Source of the DNA: Acidobacteriota bacterium
GTDB taxonomy: Bacteria > Acidobacteriota > UBA6911 > RPQK01 > JADFOI01
Length of the DNA stretch: 64,000 bases
Direction: 5' to 3'
NCBI GenBank assembly: GCA_963663035.1
Contig: OY760074.1
Coordinates: forward strand, 832,001-896,000
In this document: positions 50,563 through 63,309 of the stretch, one piece after another
Numbering within the stretch: position 1 is the stretch's first letter
Layout: each line of letters begins with the position of its first letter
The notes under the pieces: model-generated
Told to the model about the DNA's origin: nothing
The model's database searches: none
The model's input: the letters and a program-made list of their open reading frames with translations, nothing else
Translations under genes and position numbers: made by a program

Positions 50563-51650
50563 AAGCTGTGCAAACTCCCACGACGCCACCAGATGTCTTC
50601 GCAAACGTCCGAGATTCAGCACCGGATGAGCTGCTGTCTTTGCTCGATCAGATCGCACTGTTTTTACCTGAGGGGGTGAAATACCGTCTCAAGCAGGTCT
50701 TGGATTCTCTTCCTCCCGAAGGCGATAACTTACAAAAGGTTCTGGAGCTGGTTCGCTGTCAATGGAAGGACCTTCAGACTCAGGAGTGGGTTCAGATAGC
50801 GGTTGTGGGCCCGGCCCAAACGGGGAAGTCCTCGCTTGTGGTTGCCATTTCGAAACGACAACTGGCTGGATCGGAGCCCATCTTTAGGATCGTCGATCTT
50901 CGGGGTTTGGATGAGTTCCTGGGCTACCAAAGCGGTGAAAGCTTGAGCGACCGGCTCGAGCAAGCAGATGTCATCCTGCTGATCCTGGATGGTCAATATG
51001 AGTTAGCGGAGAGCACAAAACGGATGTACGAACGACTCCGAAGCTTGAACAAGCCAGTGCTGGTGGTCCTGAACAAGATAGATTTGGTTGAAGTTCCCAG
51101 GGACGCACTCAGAAAGGCCAGGAAGCAACTGGGAGCCAACGTTTTTGGCGCATCTGCAGTGCAGCCGGAGACGACCGAGCGATTATTGAAAGCCATAGTG
51201 GATGCTGATCCGAAAACCCTTTCGCCCCTGACCCAGAGGTTTCCCAGTTTTCGTCGCAGCATCTGTACCGGAATTGTCAGTCAGGCCGCTTTTTCCGGGG
51301 CCATTGTGGGAGCGATTCCGATTCCCGTGGCCGATCTTTTGCCCATCACGGCCATCCAGACTGGAATGCTTTTGAAGATCGCGCGGGTCTTTGGATACGA
51401 ACTCAACCGGGAGCGAGCCCGCGAGCTGCTGCCCATGTTGATCGCTGGCATTGCCGTGCGAGAAGCGAGCCATCGGCTTCGACGCCGCTTTCCCGAGTAT
51501 CGGAAACTCATTGCCGTCTCCTTTGCCGGACTGTGGACTTTTCTCATAGGACAAGCCGCCATTTCCTATTTTGAGAATATGTCCAAGTTCTTGCATCGGG
51601 ATTCATCTTCTGACCTATCCTCAGCTGCTATGGGGCAGGAGATTCAATGA
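50559..51650 (+). CDS. Era-like GTPase with C-terminal DUF697-like region
   Basis: GPAQTGKSS, NKID, IPIPVADL...Q..M. Confidence 0.75.
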   Translation: MKAVQTPTTPPDVFANVRDSAPDELLSLLDQIALFLPEGVKYRLKQVLDSLPPEGDNLQKVLELVRCQWKDLQTQEWVQIAVVGPAQTGKSSLVVAISKRQLAGSEPIFRIVDLRGLDEFLGYQSGESLSDRLEQADVILLILDGQYELAESTKRMYERLRSLNKPVLVVLNKIDLVEVPRDALRKARKQLGANVFGASAVQPETTERLLKAIVDADPKTLSPLTQRFPSFRRSICTGIVSQAAFSGAIVGAIPIPVADLLPITAIQTGMLLKIARVFGYELNRERARELLPMLIAGIAVREASHRLRRRFPEYRKLIAVSFAGLWTFLIGQAAISYFENMSKFLHRDSSSDLSSAAMGQEIQ

Positions 51651-52564
51651 AAGAGTCCGGTCACGACCAAGAACCGGCAGCGCTGGACGTGAGTCGTCGC
51701 CGGGGAGCTCACTCCCTGCGCCTTGCACTCCTGATCACCGTGACCTTTATGGTTGTGGAGTTTGTGGGAGGCCTCTGGACCAACAGTTTGGCACTGTTGG
51801 CCGATGCTGGCCACATGCTGACAGATGCCGCGGCATTGGGCCTCAGTTTATTTGCAGTCTGGTTCATTCGCCGACCGGCGACTCCCGAGAAAACGTATGG
51901 GTATTTCCGCGTGGAGATTCTGGCCGCCTTGATCAACGGTGCAACTCTGCTGGTGATTGCCTTTTTTATTCTCTACGAATCCTACCAACGTCTCGTGCAA
52001 CCGGAGCCCGTTCGAAGTCTGGAGATGCTTGTCATCGCAGCTCTGGGACTGGGCGCGAACTTGCTGAGTGCCTGGATCTTGCACCGTTGTGAGGAAGACA
52101 GTCTCAACATCCGGGGAGCTTTTTTACATGTGATGGGAGACGTGCTGGGCTCGCTTGGGGCCATCGTTGCCAGCCTGGCCATCCTGCTTTGGCAAGCCTA
52201 TTGGGCCGATCCTGCTGTGAGTGCTCTGGTCAGCTTCCTCATTCTGTTGAGTGCCTGGAGGTTGGTCAAAGCCTCAGTCCTGGTCCTTTTAGAGGGCACG
52301 CCCTCCCATGTCAATCTGGCGGTGATGCAGCAAGCGCTTTGTACAGTTGCCGGCGTGGACTCTGTTCACGATCTTCATGTCTGGACCTTGACTTCCGGTG
52401 TGCATGCCATGACCTGCCATGCTGTGGTGGGGGAAGAAAACAGCCGGCATCGAATCCTGGAACAGCTTATTGCCGTCTCTCGAGAACAATTCAAGATTCA
52501 TCACGCCACCATCCAGCTCGAGGACGAGAACCTCTGTCCCAGTGATACAACCTATTGTCACTGA
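51647..52564 (+). CDS. cation diffusion facilitator (CzcD/ZitB-like)
   Basis: LADAGHMLTD, HVMGD, HDLHVW, HATIQ. Confidence 0.93.
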   Translation: MKESGHDQEPAALDVSRRRGAHSLRLALLITVTFMVVEFVGGLWTNSLALLADAGHMLTDAAALGLSLFAVWFIRRPATPEKTYGYFRVEILAALINGATLLVIAFFILYESYQRLVQPEPVRSLEMLVIAALGLGANLLSAWILHRCEEDSLNIRGAFLHVMGDVLGSLGAIVASLAILLWQAYWADPAVSALVSFLILLSAWRLVKASVLVLLEGTPSHVNLAVMQQALCTVAGVDSVHDLHVWTLTSGVHAMTCHAVVGEENSRHRILEQLIAVSREQFKIHHATIQLEDENLCPSDTTYCH

Positions 52565-52567
52565 AGA

Positions 52568-52678
52568 AGGAGTCAGGAGGTAGGAGTCAGGAGTCAGGAG
52601 ACTGACAACTAACAACTGACCTCTTAGCTTCTTCCAATCTTCTGGATCCTACCTCCTGCCTCCTGCCTCCTGGATTCT
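52568..52678. repeat. heptamer repeat cluster (AGGAGTC / CTGACAA / CTCCTGC) with complementary halves
   Basis: read directly from the sequence. Confidence 0.8.
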
Positions 52679-52704
52679 TACCCCCGTCTGTAGTAAACTT
52701 CCCT

Positions 52705-55118
<2,414 letters not shown>

Positions 55119-55131
55119 CCCCAGTCGACTG

Positions 55132-55965
55132 ATGACGCCAACGCCCGTTATTTCCCTTGGGGACTGGAAACTTGGTGGCAACAACCCCCTTTTTCTGATT
55201 GCCGGTCCGTGTGTGATTGAGAGTGAGGCGCACTGCCTGGACATGGCCGGGCGGTTGAAAGAGATCACTTCCGGCCTGAAGATCCCTTTTATTTTCAAGG
55301 CCTCCTACGACAAAGCCAATCGCACCTCGATCCACTCTTATCGGGGGCCTGGATTGGAGAAGGGACTCGAAATCCTCCAGCGGGTGAGTCAAGATCTCCA
55401 GATTCCTGTGCTCTCGGATGTCCATGATGTGGCTCAAGTCGAACCAGCGGCCCAGGTTCTGGATGTGCTGCAAATTCCGGCCTTTCTCTGCAGGCAAACC
55501 GATCTAATCCTGGCCGCCGCCTCCACCGGAAAGATCGTCAATATCAAAAAGGGCCAGTTTCTGGCCCCCGGGGATGTCCAGCATGTTCTGGAGAAGGCCC
55601 GCTCGGTGGAAGGATCTCGAGTCGTCCTCACAGAACGAGGCGTGTCCTTCGGATACAATAACCTGGTGACGGATTTTAAGGCCCTTCCCATCATTCGAGC
55701 CCTGGGTGTCCCGGTCGTCTTTGACGCCACCCATAGTGTGCAGCTTCCAGGTGGGGCGGGTGGCTGGAGTGGCGGACAGGCCGAGTTCATTCCTCATCTG
55801 GCCAGAGCAGCAGTGGCGGTGGGAACGGACGGCCTTTTTCTCGAAGTCCATGATCGGCCTGACAAGGCACTCAGTGACGGCGCCAACGCCTTGCTCATCG
55901 ATGAGGTCAAGGGTGTTTTAGGCCAGTTGCAACAGATTGACCGTCTGGTCAAAGACCAGGACTAA
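55132..55965 (+). CDS. kdsA: Kdo-8-phosphate synthase
   Basis: AGPCVIE, KANRTS, PAFLCRQTD, DATHSVQ. Confidence 0.96.
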   Translation: MTPTPVISLGDWKLGGNNPLFLIAGPCVIESEAHCLDMAGRLKEITSGLKIPFIFKASYDKANRTSIHSYRGPGLEKGLEILQRVSQDLQIPVLSDVHDVAQVEPAAQVLDVLQIPAFLCRQTDLILAAASTGKIVNIKKGQFLAPGDVQHVLEKARSVEGSRVVLTERGVSFGYNNLVTDFKALPIIRALGVPVVFDATHSVQLPGGAGGWSGGQAEFIPHLARAAVAVGTDGLFLEVHDRPDKALSDGANALLIDEVKGVLGQLQQIDRLVKDQD

Positions 55966-55999
55966 AGGCTTGTCAGTTGTCAGTTGTCAGTTGTTTATC

Positions 56000-56959
56000 A
56001 TGTCTCAAGAAACTGGGCGCAGAGTTCTCCAAATTGAAGCGGACGCCATTGCCAGTCTGATCCCGCGGCTTGGCGAATCCTTTGATCAGGTAGTGGAGTT
56101 GTTGGCCAACTGCCAGGGGCGGGTGGTGGTTACGGGTATGGGAAAGTCCGGAATCGTCTCCAGGAAAATTGCGGCCACACTGAGCAGCACCGGTACTCCA
56201 TCGGTTTTTCTTCACCCGGCCGAAGCAGTCCACGGGGATGTGGGGATGCTCACCTCCGGAGATGTGGTTCTGGCACTCTCCAATAGTGGGGAAACGGAAG
56301 AGCTGGTGAAGCTGGTGGAGACCATCAAGCGTTTGGGTATTCCCTTGATCTCAATGGTGGGCAATACCGATTCAACCCTGGCCCAGAACGCGGAGTTGGT
56401 GCTGGATGTTGGTGTGGACCAGGAAGCCTGTCCCTTTGGGTTGGCGCCTACTGCTTCCACCACTGCCTCCATGGCTCTGGGCGATGCTTTGGCCCTTTCT
56501 CTGTCGGAGAAGAAGGGATTTCATCTGGAGGACTTTGCCCGTCTGCATCCTGGCGGGAGACTGGGCAAGACACTGGCCAAGGTGGGAGAGTTGATGCACC
56601 AGGGAGAACAGATCCCTAAAGTGACCGTGGAGACCGCGATGGATGCTGTCATCTATGAGATGTCGAGCAAAGGGCTGGGTGTTACCAGCGTTGTGGAAGA
56701 CGATGATCGTTTGGTTGGGGTCATCTCAGATGGAGATATACGAAGGTTGCTTCAACGGGAGCGCGAGGAGGTTCTCTCCCGCACCGCCAGTCAGTGCATG
56801 ACGAAAGATCCCCTGACGATCAGCCAGGATGAGCTGGCTACGGGTGCGCTCCACCTCATGGAGCAGCGAAAGATCACTTCTTTGATGGTCACCGATGCCT
56901 CCCGAAAGCTCATCGGCATCATTCACCTGCATGACCTGTGGGGAACGGAGATGTTCTAG
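56000..56959 (+). CDS. kdsD: arabinose-5-phosphate isomerase (SIS plus CBS)
   Basis: GMGKSG, SNSGET, APTAST, HPGG. Confidence 0.94.
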   Translation: MSQETGRRVLQIEADAIASLIPRLGESFDQVVELLANCQGRVVVTGMGKSGIVSRKIAATLSSTGTPSVFLHPAEAVHGDVGMLTSGDVVLALSNSGETEELVKLVETIKRLGIPLISMVGNTDSTLAQNAELVLDVGVDQEACPFGLAPTASTTASMALGDALALSLSEKKGFHLEDFARLHPGGRLGKTLAKVGELMHQGEQIPKVTVETAMDAVIYEMSSKGLGVTSVVEDDDRLVGVISDGDIRRLLQREREEVLSRTASQCMTKDPLTISQDELATGALHLMEQRKITSLMVTDASRKLIGIIHLHDLWGTEMF

Positions 56960-56962
56960 ATC

Positions 56963-57520
56963 ATGACTACACTTCCTGTTCACGTCGTTGGTAATCTTCA
57001 GAAGATCCGCCTGATTTTGTTGGATGTGGACGGTGTATTGACGGACGGGCGAATTGGTCTGCTTCCCAAGGGTGGCGAAATCAAGTTCTTTTCTGTTTAT
57101 GATGGCCTGGCTATTCGACTGGCCAGGAAAGTGGGTTGGGAAGTCGGATTTCTCACCGGACGCACCAGTGAAGAGGTCGAGGCTCGAGCCCGCGAGCTGG
57201 GTGTTGAAATCCTGGTTCAGGGTTCCAGGGATAAGGTCAAGGACTTTGAAAAGATCTTAAAGGAGCGAAACCTGAAAGCCTCGCAAGTGGCTTATGTCGG
57301 TGATGATCTACCGGATATTCCACTGCTGAAGCTGGTGGGTTTTTCGGCAGCACCGCGCAATGCAGCGGAAGCCGTTAAATATTGCGTGCACTACGTCACC
57401 CGTGAAAGAGGCGGCCACGGGGCCGTTCGCGAAGTGGTGGATCTTTTGCTCAAGAATACCGGCAAGTGGGAAGAAGTTATAGAAGCACTGGATAAAACGG
57501 GGAGCATGACCCCGGGTTGA
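56963..57520 (+). CDS. kdsC: Kdo-8-phosphate phosphatase (HAD)
   Basis: DVDGVLTDG, GDDLPD, GGHGAVRE. Confidence 0.94.
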   Translation: MTTLPVHVVGNLQKIRLILLDVDGVLTDGRIGLLPKGGEIKFFSVYDGLAIRLARKVGWEVGFLTGRTSEEVEARARELGVEILVQGSRDKVKDFEKILKERNLKASQVAYVGDDLPDIPLLKLVGFSAAPRNAAEAVKYCVHYVTRERGGHGAVREVVDLLLKNTGKWEEVIEALDKTGSMTPG

Positions 57521-57542
57521 CCCACATTTCCTTTACCCTCTC

Positions 57543-57715
57543 AACCCGCTTTCTCACACCAGGTCGTCGCGAAGCGGCGAAAGGGCCAGAAAACAGAGCC
57601 GTGGGCTTTAGCCCACGGGCCCGCAGGCTAAAGCCTGCGGCTCCGACTGGCGCGCAACGCAGCCAGGTCGGATCATTTCGCCGATGTAGTAGAGCGGGTC
57701 TGAGAAATGCGGGTT
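57543..57715. mobile_element. MITE-like element, copy D, carrying a REP-like hairpin pair
   Basis: arms homologous to copy A (inverted); core CCGTGGGCTTTAGCCCACGG plus CCGCAGGCTAAAGCCTGCGG. Confidence 0.8.
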
Positions 57716-58152
57716 AAAGGATTCACGACTTCCAGAAAGTCATAGTCGGAAAAATGCTTCGGGTTGCAGGTATAGAGTCTTCCCACATGATGATACCTGA
57801 GTGTGGCCGCCAGTTTGAGATCAAAGAGGCGCTTGCCTCTTTGTGGTCCATCACGAAGCAACGATTCGATGACTTTTAGGATGGCAGGCTCGTAGGCAAT
57901 CTTCTGGATGAGAGGGTGGTCCAAATAGATCCGACAGACGCCCCAGGCTTGTTCGGTGGTGAGGGGGTTGGGAAGAAGAATCGAATTGGTCAAGGCCGCG
58001 AAAAACTCACACAGGGTCTGGTGACAGACAACAAACTCTTCTTCTCCGACAGCCAAAACTCTGGATTCGACAAAGTCTCTGGCTGCCGAGTGTTGAGAGA
58101 CCGAGCTATTATGGGCGTAAAGCAGCAGGTTGGTGTCAACTGCGCTGTTCAT
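57673..58152 (-). CDS. vapC: PIN-domain VapC toxin
   Basis: VDTNLLLYA, TLCEF, FDLKLAAT, TCNPKHF. Confidence 0.88.
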   Translation of the reverse strand: MNSAVDTNLLLYAHNSSVSQHSAARDFVESRVLAVGEEEFVVCHQTLCEFFAALTNSILLPNPLTTEQAWGVCRIYLDHPLIQKIAYEPAILKVIESLLRDGPQRGKRLFDLKLAATLRYHHVGRLYTCNPKHFSDYDFLEVVNPLTRISQTRSTTSAK

Positions 58153-58385
58153 GGACTCACCACGTGAGAATCCTGGTAGATGGCTTTTCTTAAGTCGCTT
58201 TTGCGCGGTTTTCCCAGCTTGAAGACGGGCAGCTGCCCGAGTCGTCGTGGCTTGGCAGGTAAACGAGACACATAGTGCTCCAGGCTTTTCTGGAGCAGCT
58301 CGCCCACTGACACTTCCTGGTTCTTGGCGACGGCTTTCACGCGTTTAGCCAATTCGTCACTCACACTCACGCTGATGCGCTTCAT
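58149..58385 (-). CDS. ribbon-helix-helix (CopG) antitoxin
   Basis: MKRISVSVSDELAKRVK..A; 4-bp overlap with the toxin gene. Confidence 0.82.
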   Translation of the reverse strand: MKRISVSVSDELAKRVKAVAKNQEVSVGELLQKSLEHYVSRLPAKPRRLGQLPVFKLGKPRKSDLRKAIYQDSHVVSP

Positions 58386-58434
58386 CCCTAATATGATACA
58401 TCATCTCCCTGAATGGGAGTGTGGCGACGGTTCC

Positions 58435-61400
58435 CTAATCCAGAAGGGGAGCGAGGTGACGCTCAGCTGTGTCCTGGTCGATCCTCCTTCTGCGAGCGTA
58501 GTCCTGGACCTGATCGCGGTCGATTTTCCCGACCCCGAAGTAGTGAGACTCGGGATGGGAGAAGTAAAATCCGCACACAGAAGCTGCCGGATCCATGGCA
58601 AAGCTATCGGTTAAGCAAACAGGCAAATCTTTCCCATTTCCCAACAGTTCAAAGAGCTCCGTCTTCAAGCTGTGATCGGGACAGGCGGGATAGCCGGGTG
58701 CGGGCCGAATGCCCTGGTAGCGCTCCCCGATGAGAGCCTGCTTGTCCAGCTGCTCCTCCGACGCATAGCCCCAGAACTCCTGGCGAACCCTCTGGTGCAG
58801 TCTCTCCGCAAAGGCTTCGGCCAGGCGGTCCGCCAATGCCTTCACCATAATGCTCTGATAGACATCCTGCTCTGCCTCAAAGCCCTTTACGACTTCTTGA
58901 GTCCCAATCCCGCCGGTGACCAGGAAGGCCCCCAGATAATCCTTTAGCCCGGTTTCTTTGGGTGCGATGAAGTCACTCAAGCAGCGATTGGGCCGGCCCG
59001 GCTGTTTCTGGATCTGCTGTCTGAGGTTGTGAAGGGTGAGCAGAACCTGTGACCGGGATTCATCGGTGTAGACTTCAATATCGTCGTCCTCCACACTGTT
59101 GGCGGGAAAAAATCCAATGACCCCCCTGGCTTCCAGCAGTTTTTCATCCACGATGCGTTCCAGCAAAGCGAGAGCATTTCGGTGGAGATCGGTGGCCTCT
59201 TTACCAACCTTTGCATCTTCCAGAATCTGAGGGTAACGCCCGGACAGCTCCCAGGCCTTGAAAAAGGGTGACCAATCGATGTGCTGGATCAGCTCTTTCA
59301 GGGAATACCGATCAAACCTCTTGATCCCGACCAGTTGAGGAACAGGCGGACTGTAACGGGGCCAATCCATTCTGACTTTGTTCCTGCGTGCTTCCGGGAG
59401 AGGGTGGAATCGGATTTGCTTTTTCCTTCCTTCGTGCCGCTCACGTATTTGCTGATACTTGGCTATGACATCATCCGTGTAGCTACCTCTCTCATCACTC
59501 AGCAACTTGGAAACCACCGTGACGCTGCGCGAGGCATCGGGAACATAGACCGTCTGGGCATAGTGGGGGGCGATCTTGACTGCCGTGTGAACCTGGGAAG
59601 TCGTAGCCCCGCCGATCAGCAGTGGAAGATCAAAACCTTCCCGTGTCATTTCCGAAGCCAGTTGAGCCATCTGATCCAGTGAGGGTGTGATCAGGCCGCT
59701 GAGCCCGATGATGTCGACTCCTTCTTCTCGCGCGGTCTTCAGAATACGATCAGCCGGCACCATCACCCCGAGGTCGAGGACTTCATAGTTATTGCACTCC
59801 AGAACCACACCCACAATATTTTTGCCGATGTCATGGACGTCTCCCTTGACGGTGGCCATCAGAATCTTGCCCTTGGAACGGGTGTCCTCAAGTTTGCTCT
59901 TGTCTTCTTCGATGAAGGGAAGCAGGTAGGCCACTGCCTTTTTCATCACCCGGGCACTCTTCACCACCTGAGGGAGGAACATCTTTCCCGATCCAAACAG
60001 GTCCCCGACGATGTTCATTCCATCCATCAGGGGGCCCTCAATCACTTCAATTGGACGAGCGTAATGCTGACGAGCCTCCTCCGTATCCTCCACGACATAC
60101 TCACTGATACCGGACACCAGCGCATGGGACAGGCGCTCGCCGACCGGCTTTTCACGCCAGGCCAGATCTTCTGTCACGCTCTTCGATTGACCCACTGCCG
60201 AGGCTGCTATCTCCAGCAGCCGGTCAGTGGCATCGGGCCGGCGGTTCAAAATGACGTCTTCCACCCGCTCCCGCAGATCCTCAGGAATCTCTTCATACAC
60301 CGCCAGTTGAGCCGCGTTCACGATGGCCATATCCAGTCCCGCCGCGATGGCGTGGTAAAGGAAGACCGAATGCATGGCCTCGCGAACCGCATCGTTGCCG
60401 CGGAAAGAGAAGGAGACGTTGCTGAGTCCTCCGCTCACCTTCACATGCGGCAGGGTTTCCTTGATTTCCCGGGTGGCCTCAATGAAGTCGACGGCGTAGT
60501 TGTTGTGCTCTTCGATGCCAGTTGCCACGGCGAAGACATTGGGATCGAAGATGATGTCCTGGGGGGGGAAGCCCACCTCTTCGGTCAGAAGCCGGAAAGC
60601 ACGAGTACAGATCTCGACCTTGCGCTTCCGGGTGTCGGCTTGCCCCTTATCGTCAAAAGCCATGACGATCACAGCCGCCCCATAGCGTCGGGCCAGTCGT
60701 GCCTGGCGGAGAAACTCTTCCTCCCCCTCCTTGAGACTGATGGAATTCACCACGGACTTCCCTTGCAGGCACTTCAGACCTGCCTCAATGACCTTCCAAT
60801 CGGAGGAATCCACCAGGACCGGGACCCGGCTGATATCCGGTTCCGCAGCTACCAGATTCAGGAACTTTCCCATGGCCTGTTCGCTCTCGAGCATTCCCTC
60901 GTCCATGTTGACGTCGATCATCTGGGCGCCGTTGGTGATCTGCTCCTGGGCCACTTCCAGTGCCTTCTCATAGTCCCCCTCCAGGATGATCTTGGCAAAG
61001 CGACGGGAACCGGTGACATTGGTCCGCTCGCCGATATTGACAAACAGGGTGTCCGAACCGATATTGAGTGGCTCCAGGCCGCTGAGACGGCACCTCGACT
61101 CGATCTCAGGCACGGGTCGGGGAGGGAGCTGGCTGACGGCCGCGGCCAGGGCTTCAATGTGCTCCGGAGTGGTCCCGCAGCAGCCTCCCACCACATTGAG
61201 AAATCCACTTTGGGCAAACTCTTTCAGCAGATCGGCCATTTGCTGGGGCGTTTGATCATACTCACCGAAGTCGTTGGGGAGCCCGGCATTGGGATAAGCG
61301 CAAATGTAGGTGTCGGCGATCTGGGACAGTTCCTGGATGTGCGGTCGCAGATCTTTGGCACCCAGGGCACAGTTCAATCCGATGGTGAGGGGACCAACAT

Positions 61401-62115
61401 GAGAGACGGAGTTCCAGAAAGCTTCAGGCGTCTGACCGGAGAGGGTCCGGCCACTGGCGTCGGTGATGGTACCTGAGATCATGACGGGCAGCCGAACACT
61501 ATACTCCTGGAAATACTCTTCGATGGCGAAGAGCGCGGCCTTGGCGTTTAACGTGTCAAAAATGGTCTCCACCAGAAGAACGTCCACTCCGCCCTCGACG
61601 AGACCTCTCACGGCCGTCTTGTAGGCCTGGACCAATTCGTCGAAGGTAATGTTCCTGAGTCCCGGGTCATCCACTTTGGGAGGCAGCGAGGCGGTGCGGT
61701 TGGTGGGGCCTATAGCTCCGGCAACGAAGCGCGGCCTGGTGGGATCCTGGGCCGAGTACTCATCGGTTATCTGCCGAGCCAGCTGGGCAGAGGCCAGGTT
61801 CATTTCAAAGGCCAGTTCTTCCAGCTGGTAGTCGATCATGGAGACCGAGTTGGAGTTGAGTGTGTTGGTTTCAATGATGTCTGCACCGGCCTCCAGATAG
61901 GCGCGGTGGATCGACTCGATGACGTCAGGCCGAGTCAGGGACAAGAGATCATTGTTGCCTTGGAGGCTGCAGGCGTGATCGCTAAAGCGCTGCCCTCGAA
62001 AATCCTCCTCTGTAAGCTTGTAGGCCTGGATCATCGTTCCCATGGCACCGTCCAGCACCAGGATCCGCTCATCCAGCAGGCCTATCAGTGTTCCTTGTCG
62101 GTTCTCTTTAGCCAT
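58435..62115 (-). CDS. metH: cobalamin-dependent methionine synthase
   Basis: [33 protein letters not shown]. Confidence 0.98.
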   Translation of the reverse strand: MAKENRQGTLIGLLDERILVLDGAMGTMIQAYKLTEEDFRGQRFSDHACSLQGNNDLLSLTRPDVIESIHRAYLEAGADIIETNTLNSNSVSMIDYQLEELAFEMNLASAQLARQITDEYSAQDPTRPRFVAGAIGPTNRTASLPPKVDDPGLRNITFDELVQAYKTAVRGLVEGGVDVLLVETIFDTLNAKAALFAIEEYFQEYSVRLPVMISGTITDASGRTLSGQTPEAFWNSVSHVGPLTIGLNCALGAKDLRPHIQELSQIADTYICAYPNAGLPNDFGEYDQTPQQMADLLKEFAQSGFLNVVGGCCGTTPEHIEALAAAVSQLPPRPVPEIESRCRLSGLEPLNIGSDTLFVNIGERTNVTGSRRFAKIILEGDYEKALEVAQEQITNGAQMIDVNMDEGMLESEQAMGKFLNLVAAEPDISRVPVLVDSSDWKVIEAGLKCLQGKSVVNSISLKEGEEEFLRQARLARRYGAAVIVMAFDDKGQADTRKRKVEICTRAFRLLTEEVGFPPQDIIFDPNVFAVATGIEEHNNYAVDFIEATREIKETLPHVKVSGGLSNVSFSFRGNDAVREAMHSVFLYHAIAAGLDMAIVNAAQLAVYEEIPEDLRERVEDVILNRRPDATDRLLEIAASAVGQSKSVTEDLAWREKPVGERLSHALVSGISEYVVEDTEEARQHYARPIEVIEGPLMDGMNIVGDLFGSGKMFLPQVVKSARVMKKAVAYLLPFIEEDKSKLEDTRSKGKILMATVKGDVHDIGKNIVGVVLECNNYEVLDLGVMVPADRILKTAREEGVDIIGLSGLITPSLDQMAQLASEMTREGFDLPLLIGGATTSQVHTAVKIAPHYAQTVYVPDASRSVTVVSKLLSDERGSYTDDVIAKYQQIRERHEGRKKQIRFHPLPEARRNKVRMDWPRYSPPVPQLVGIKRFDRYSLKELIQHIDWSPFFKAWELSGRYPQILEDAKVGKEATDLHRNALALLERIVDEKLLEARGVIGFFPANSVEDDDIEVYTDESRSQVLLTLHNLRQQIQKQPGRPNRCLSDFIAPKETGLKDYLGAFLVTGGIGTQEVVKGFEAEQDVYQSIMVKALADRLAEAFAERLHQRVRQEFWGYASEEQLDKQALIGERYQGIRPAPGYPACPDHSLKTELFELLGNGKDLPVCLTDSFAMDPAASVCGFYFSHPESHYFGVGKIDRDQVQDYARRRRIDQDTAERHLAPLLD

Positions 62116-62175
62116 GGAGGGACAATTCTACCAAGATCTGGATTCAGTGGGATCAAGAAAGGGGGATCAGAGCGG

Positions 62176-63057
62176 CTAGCGTAACATGTTCAGTTCTTCT
62201 GCCACCTGACGAATGCCTTCAAAGTCTTCGTTTCGGGCAGGAATGAGCCGGTTTCGAGGAAGTGCCACCAGCAGCAGGGGATCCTCAATCTGAACCAGTG
62301 CCTGCTGCAGCCGGTCGGTAAAGCCGCTGCCGAAGATCGTCTCCAGCTCCGGGTGGGCTGTCCAGTTGTAGTCGGCAAAAGCGGGGGTTTTCCAGATGAT
62401 CCGGCACACTTCGGGGTCGGTCTTGCCTTCCTCGACTCGCCTGTCATAGACCCGGTAATTGATGACGCCGGCCTGGTACTGTCCGCTTTCCACCAGCTCG
62501 GCTGTTTTGTCATGACTGCCGGAAAAGCCCACTGGATAGCTGAAGAAATCCTGGGGGGACTGGCCCACGTTCTGGCGGATGAAGTATTCAGGCATGAGTC
62601 GGGCCGAGGTGGAGCTCTGTGATCCAAAAGTGAAGCGTAAATCGGCGATGGCCACGGGGAACTCCTGGGATAGCTCCAGAGCGGTGTCCTTGTGAGCAAT
62701 AAAGTAGGAGTAATAGTTGGGGTCTTCCTCGCCCTGGGCGATGGCCCTGGCACCCCCAACGGCCTGGCGCGCCTGGACTCCGGTGAGGCCTCCCAACCAG
62801 GCCAGGAGCACATCGCCATTTTTGAACATCTCCACGGCCGCCTGGTAGTCGCGGGCCGGTACATACTCCAGTGTGACTCCCAACTGCCGGCTCAAGTGTT
62901 CCGCCAGCGGTTGAAACTTTTCCTGAAGCTCGGTGCTGGTCTGATCGGGAATAGCGGTAAAGCGAAGAACGCTAATCTCCTCCGTCACCGTCCCGCCACA
63001 GTTACAGAGCAGCCCCGCCATCAGCCCAAGTAAGGTTAGCCGTTTTACTGCATGCAT
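62176..63057 (-). CDS. PhnD-like ABC substrate-binding lipoprotein (putative selenate-type)
   Basis: lipobox, FTAIPDQ, WLGGLTGVQAR, STSARLMP, SGSHDKT. Confidence 0.82.
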   Translation of the reverse strand: MHAVKRLTLLGLMAGLLCNCGGTVTEEISVLRFTAIPDQTSTELQEKFQPLAEHLSRQLGVTLEYVPARDYQAAVEMFKNGDVLLAWLGGLTGVQARQAVGGARAIAQGEEDPNYYSYFIAHKDTALELSQEFPVAIADLRFTFGSQSSTSARLMPEYFIRQNVGQSPQDFFSYPVGFSGSHDKTAELVESGQYQAGVINYRVYDRRVEEGKTDPEVCRIIWKTPAFADYNWTAHPELETIFGSGFTDRLQQALVQIEDPLLLVALPRNRLIPARNEDFEGIRQVAEELNMLR

Positions 63058-63203
63058 CCACTGAGCCTAGCAGACAGGTACAGCCTTACTCAACAAAGCG
63101 GCCCAAGGCGCTCCTGTTGTGTCCCGCCCGGGCTGTGGTATACTCTCCCCACGGAGTTTTCGTAAGTAGCTTGTTTTCAAGTAAATAGCGGATTCTCTTA
63201 AGA

Positions 63204-63235
63204 GCGGGAGTAATTCAGCGGTAGAATGCCAGCTT
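63204..63235 (+). tRNA. 5' half of a tRNA-Gly-like gene, ending after U33 (att junction)
   Basis: GCGGGAG-TA-ATTC-AGCGGTA-GAAT-G-CCAGC-TT, then non-tRNA sequence with no T-arm or 3' acceptor. Confidence 0.75.
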
Positions 63236-63309
63236 ATCCTGCCCACCCTTATTTATCAGTAGTTTAGAAGCCATGCTGTCTGTTATGCTGTCCGTATCTG
63301 GAGGTGTGC

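Noticed and set aside
59833-61476. 547-aa plus-strand ORF and similar long antisense ORFs (53358-54416, 31542-32483, 22539-23285)
   Set aside because: They are antisense shadows of metH, pyrG, the sugar dehydrogenase and PMM, with no recognisable motifs.
62116-62175. SAM or cobalamin riboswitch upstream of metH
   Set aside because: The gap is only 60 bp, has a -10 box 9 nt from the ATG and shows no riboswitch consensus.
63236-63309. group I intron interrupting the tRNA after U33
   Set aside because: The following sequence is a short att-like spacer and an integrase ORF; no intron core or 3' exon is visible in the window.
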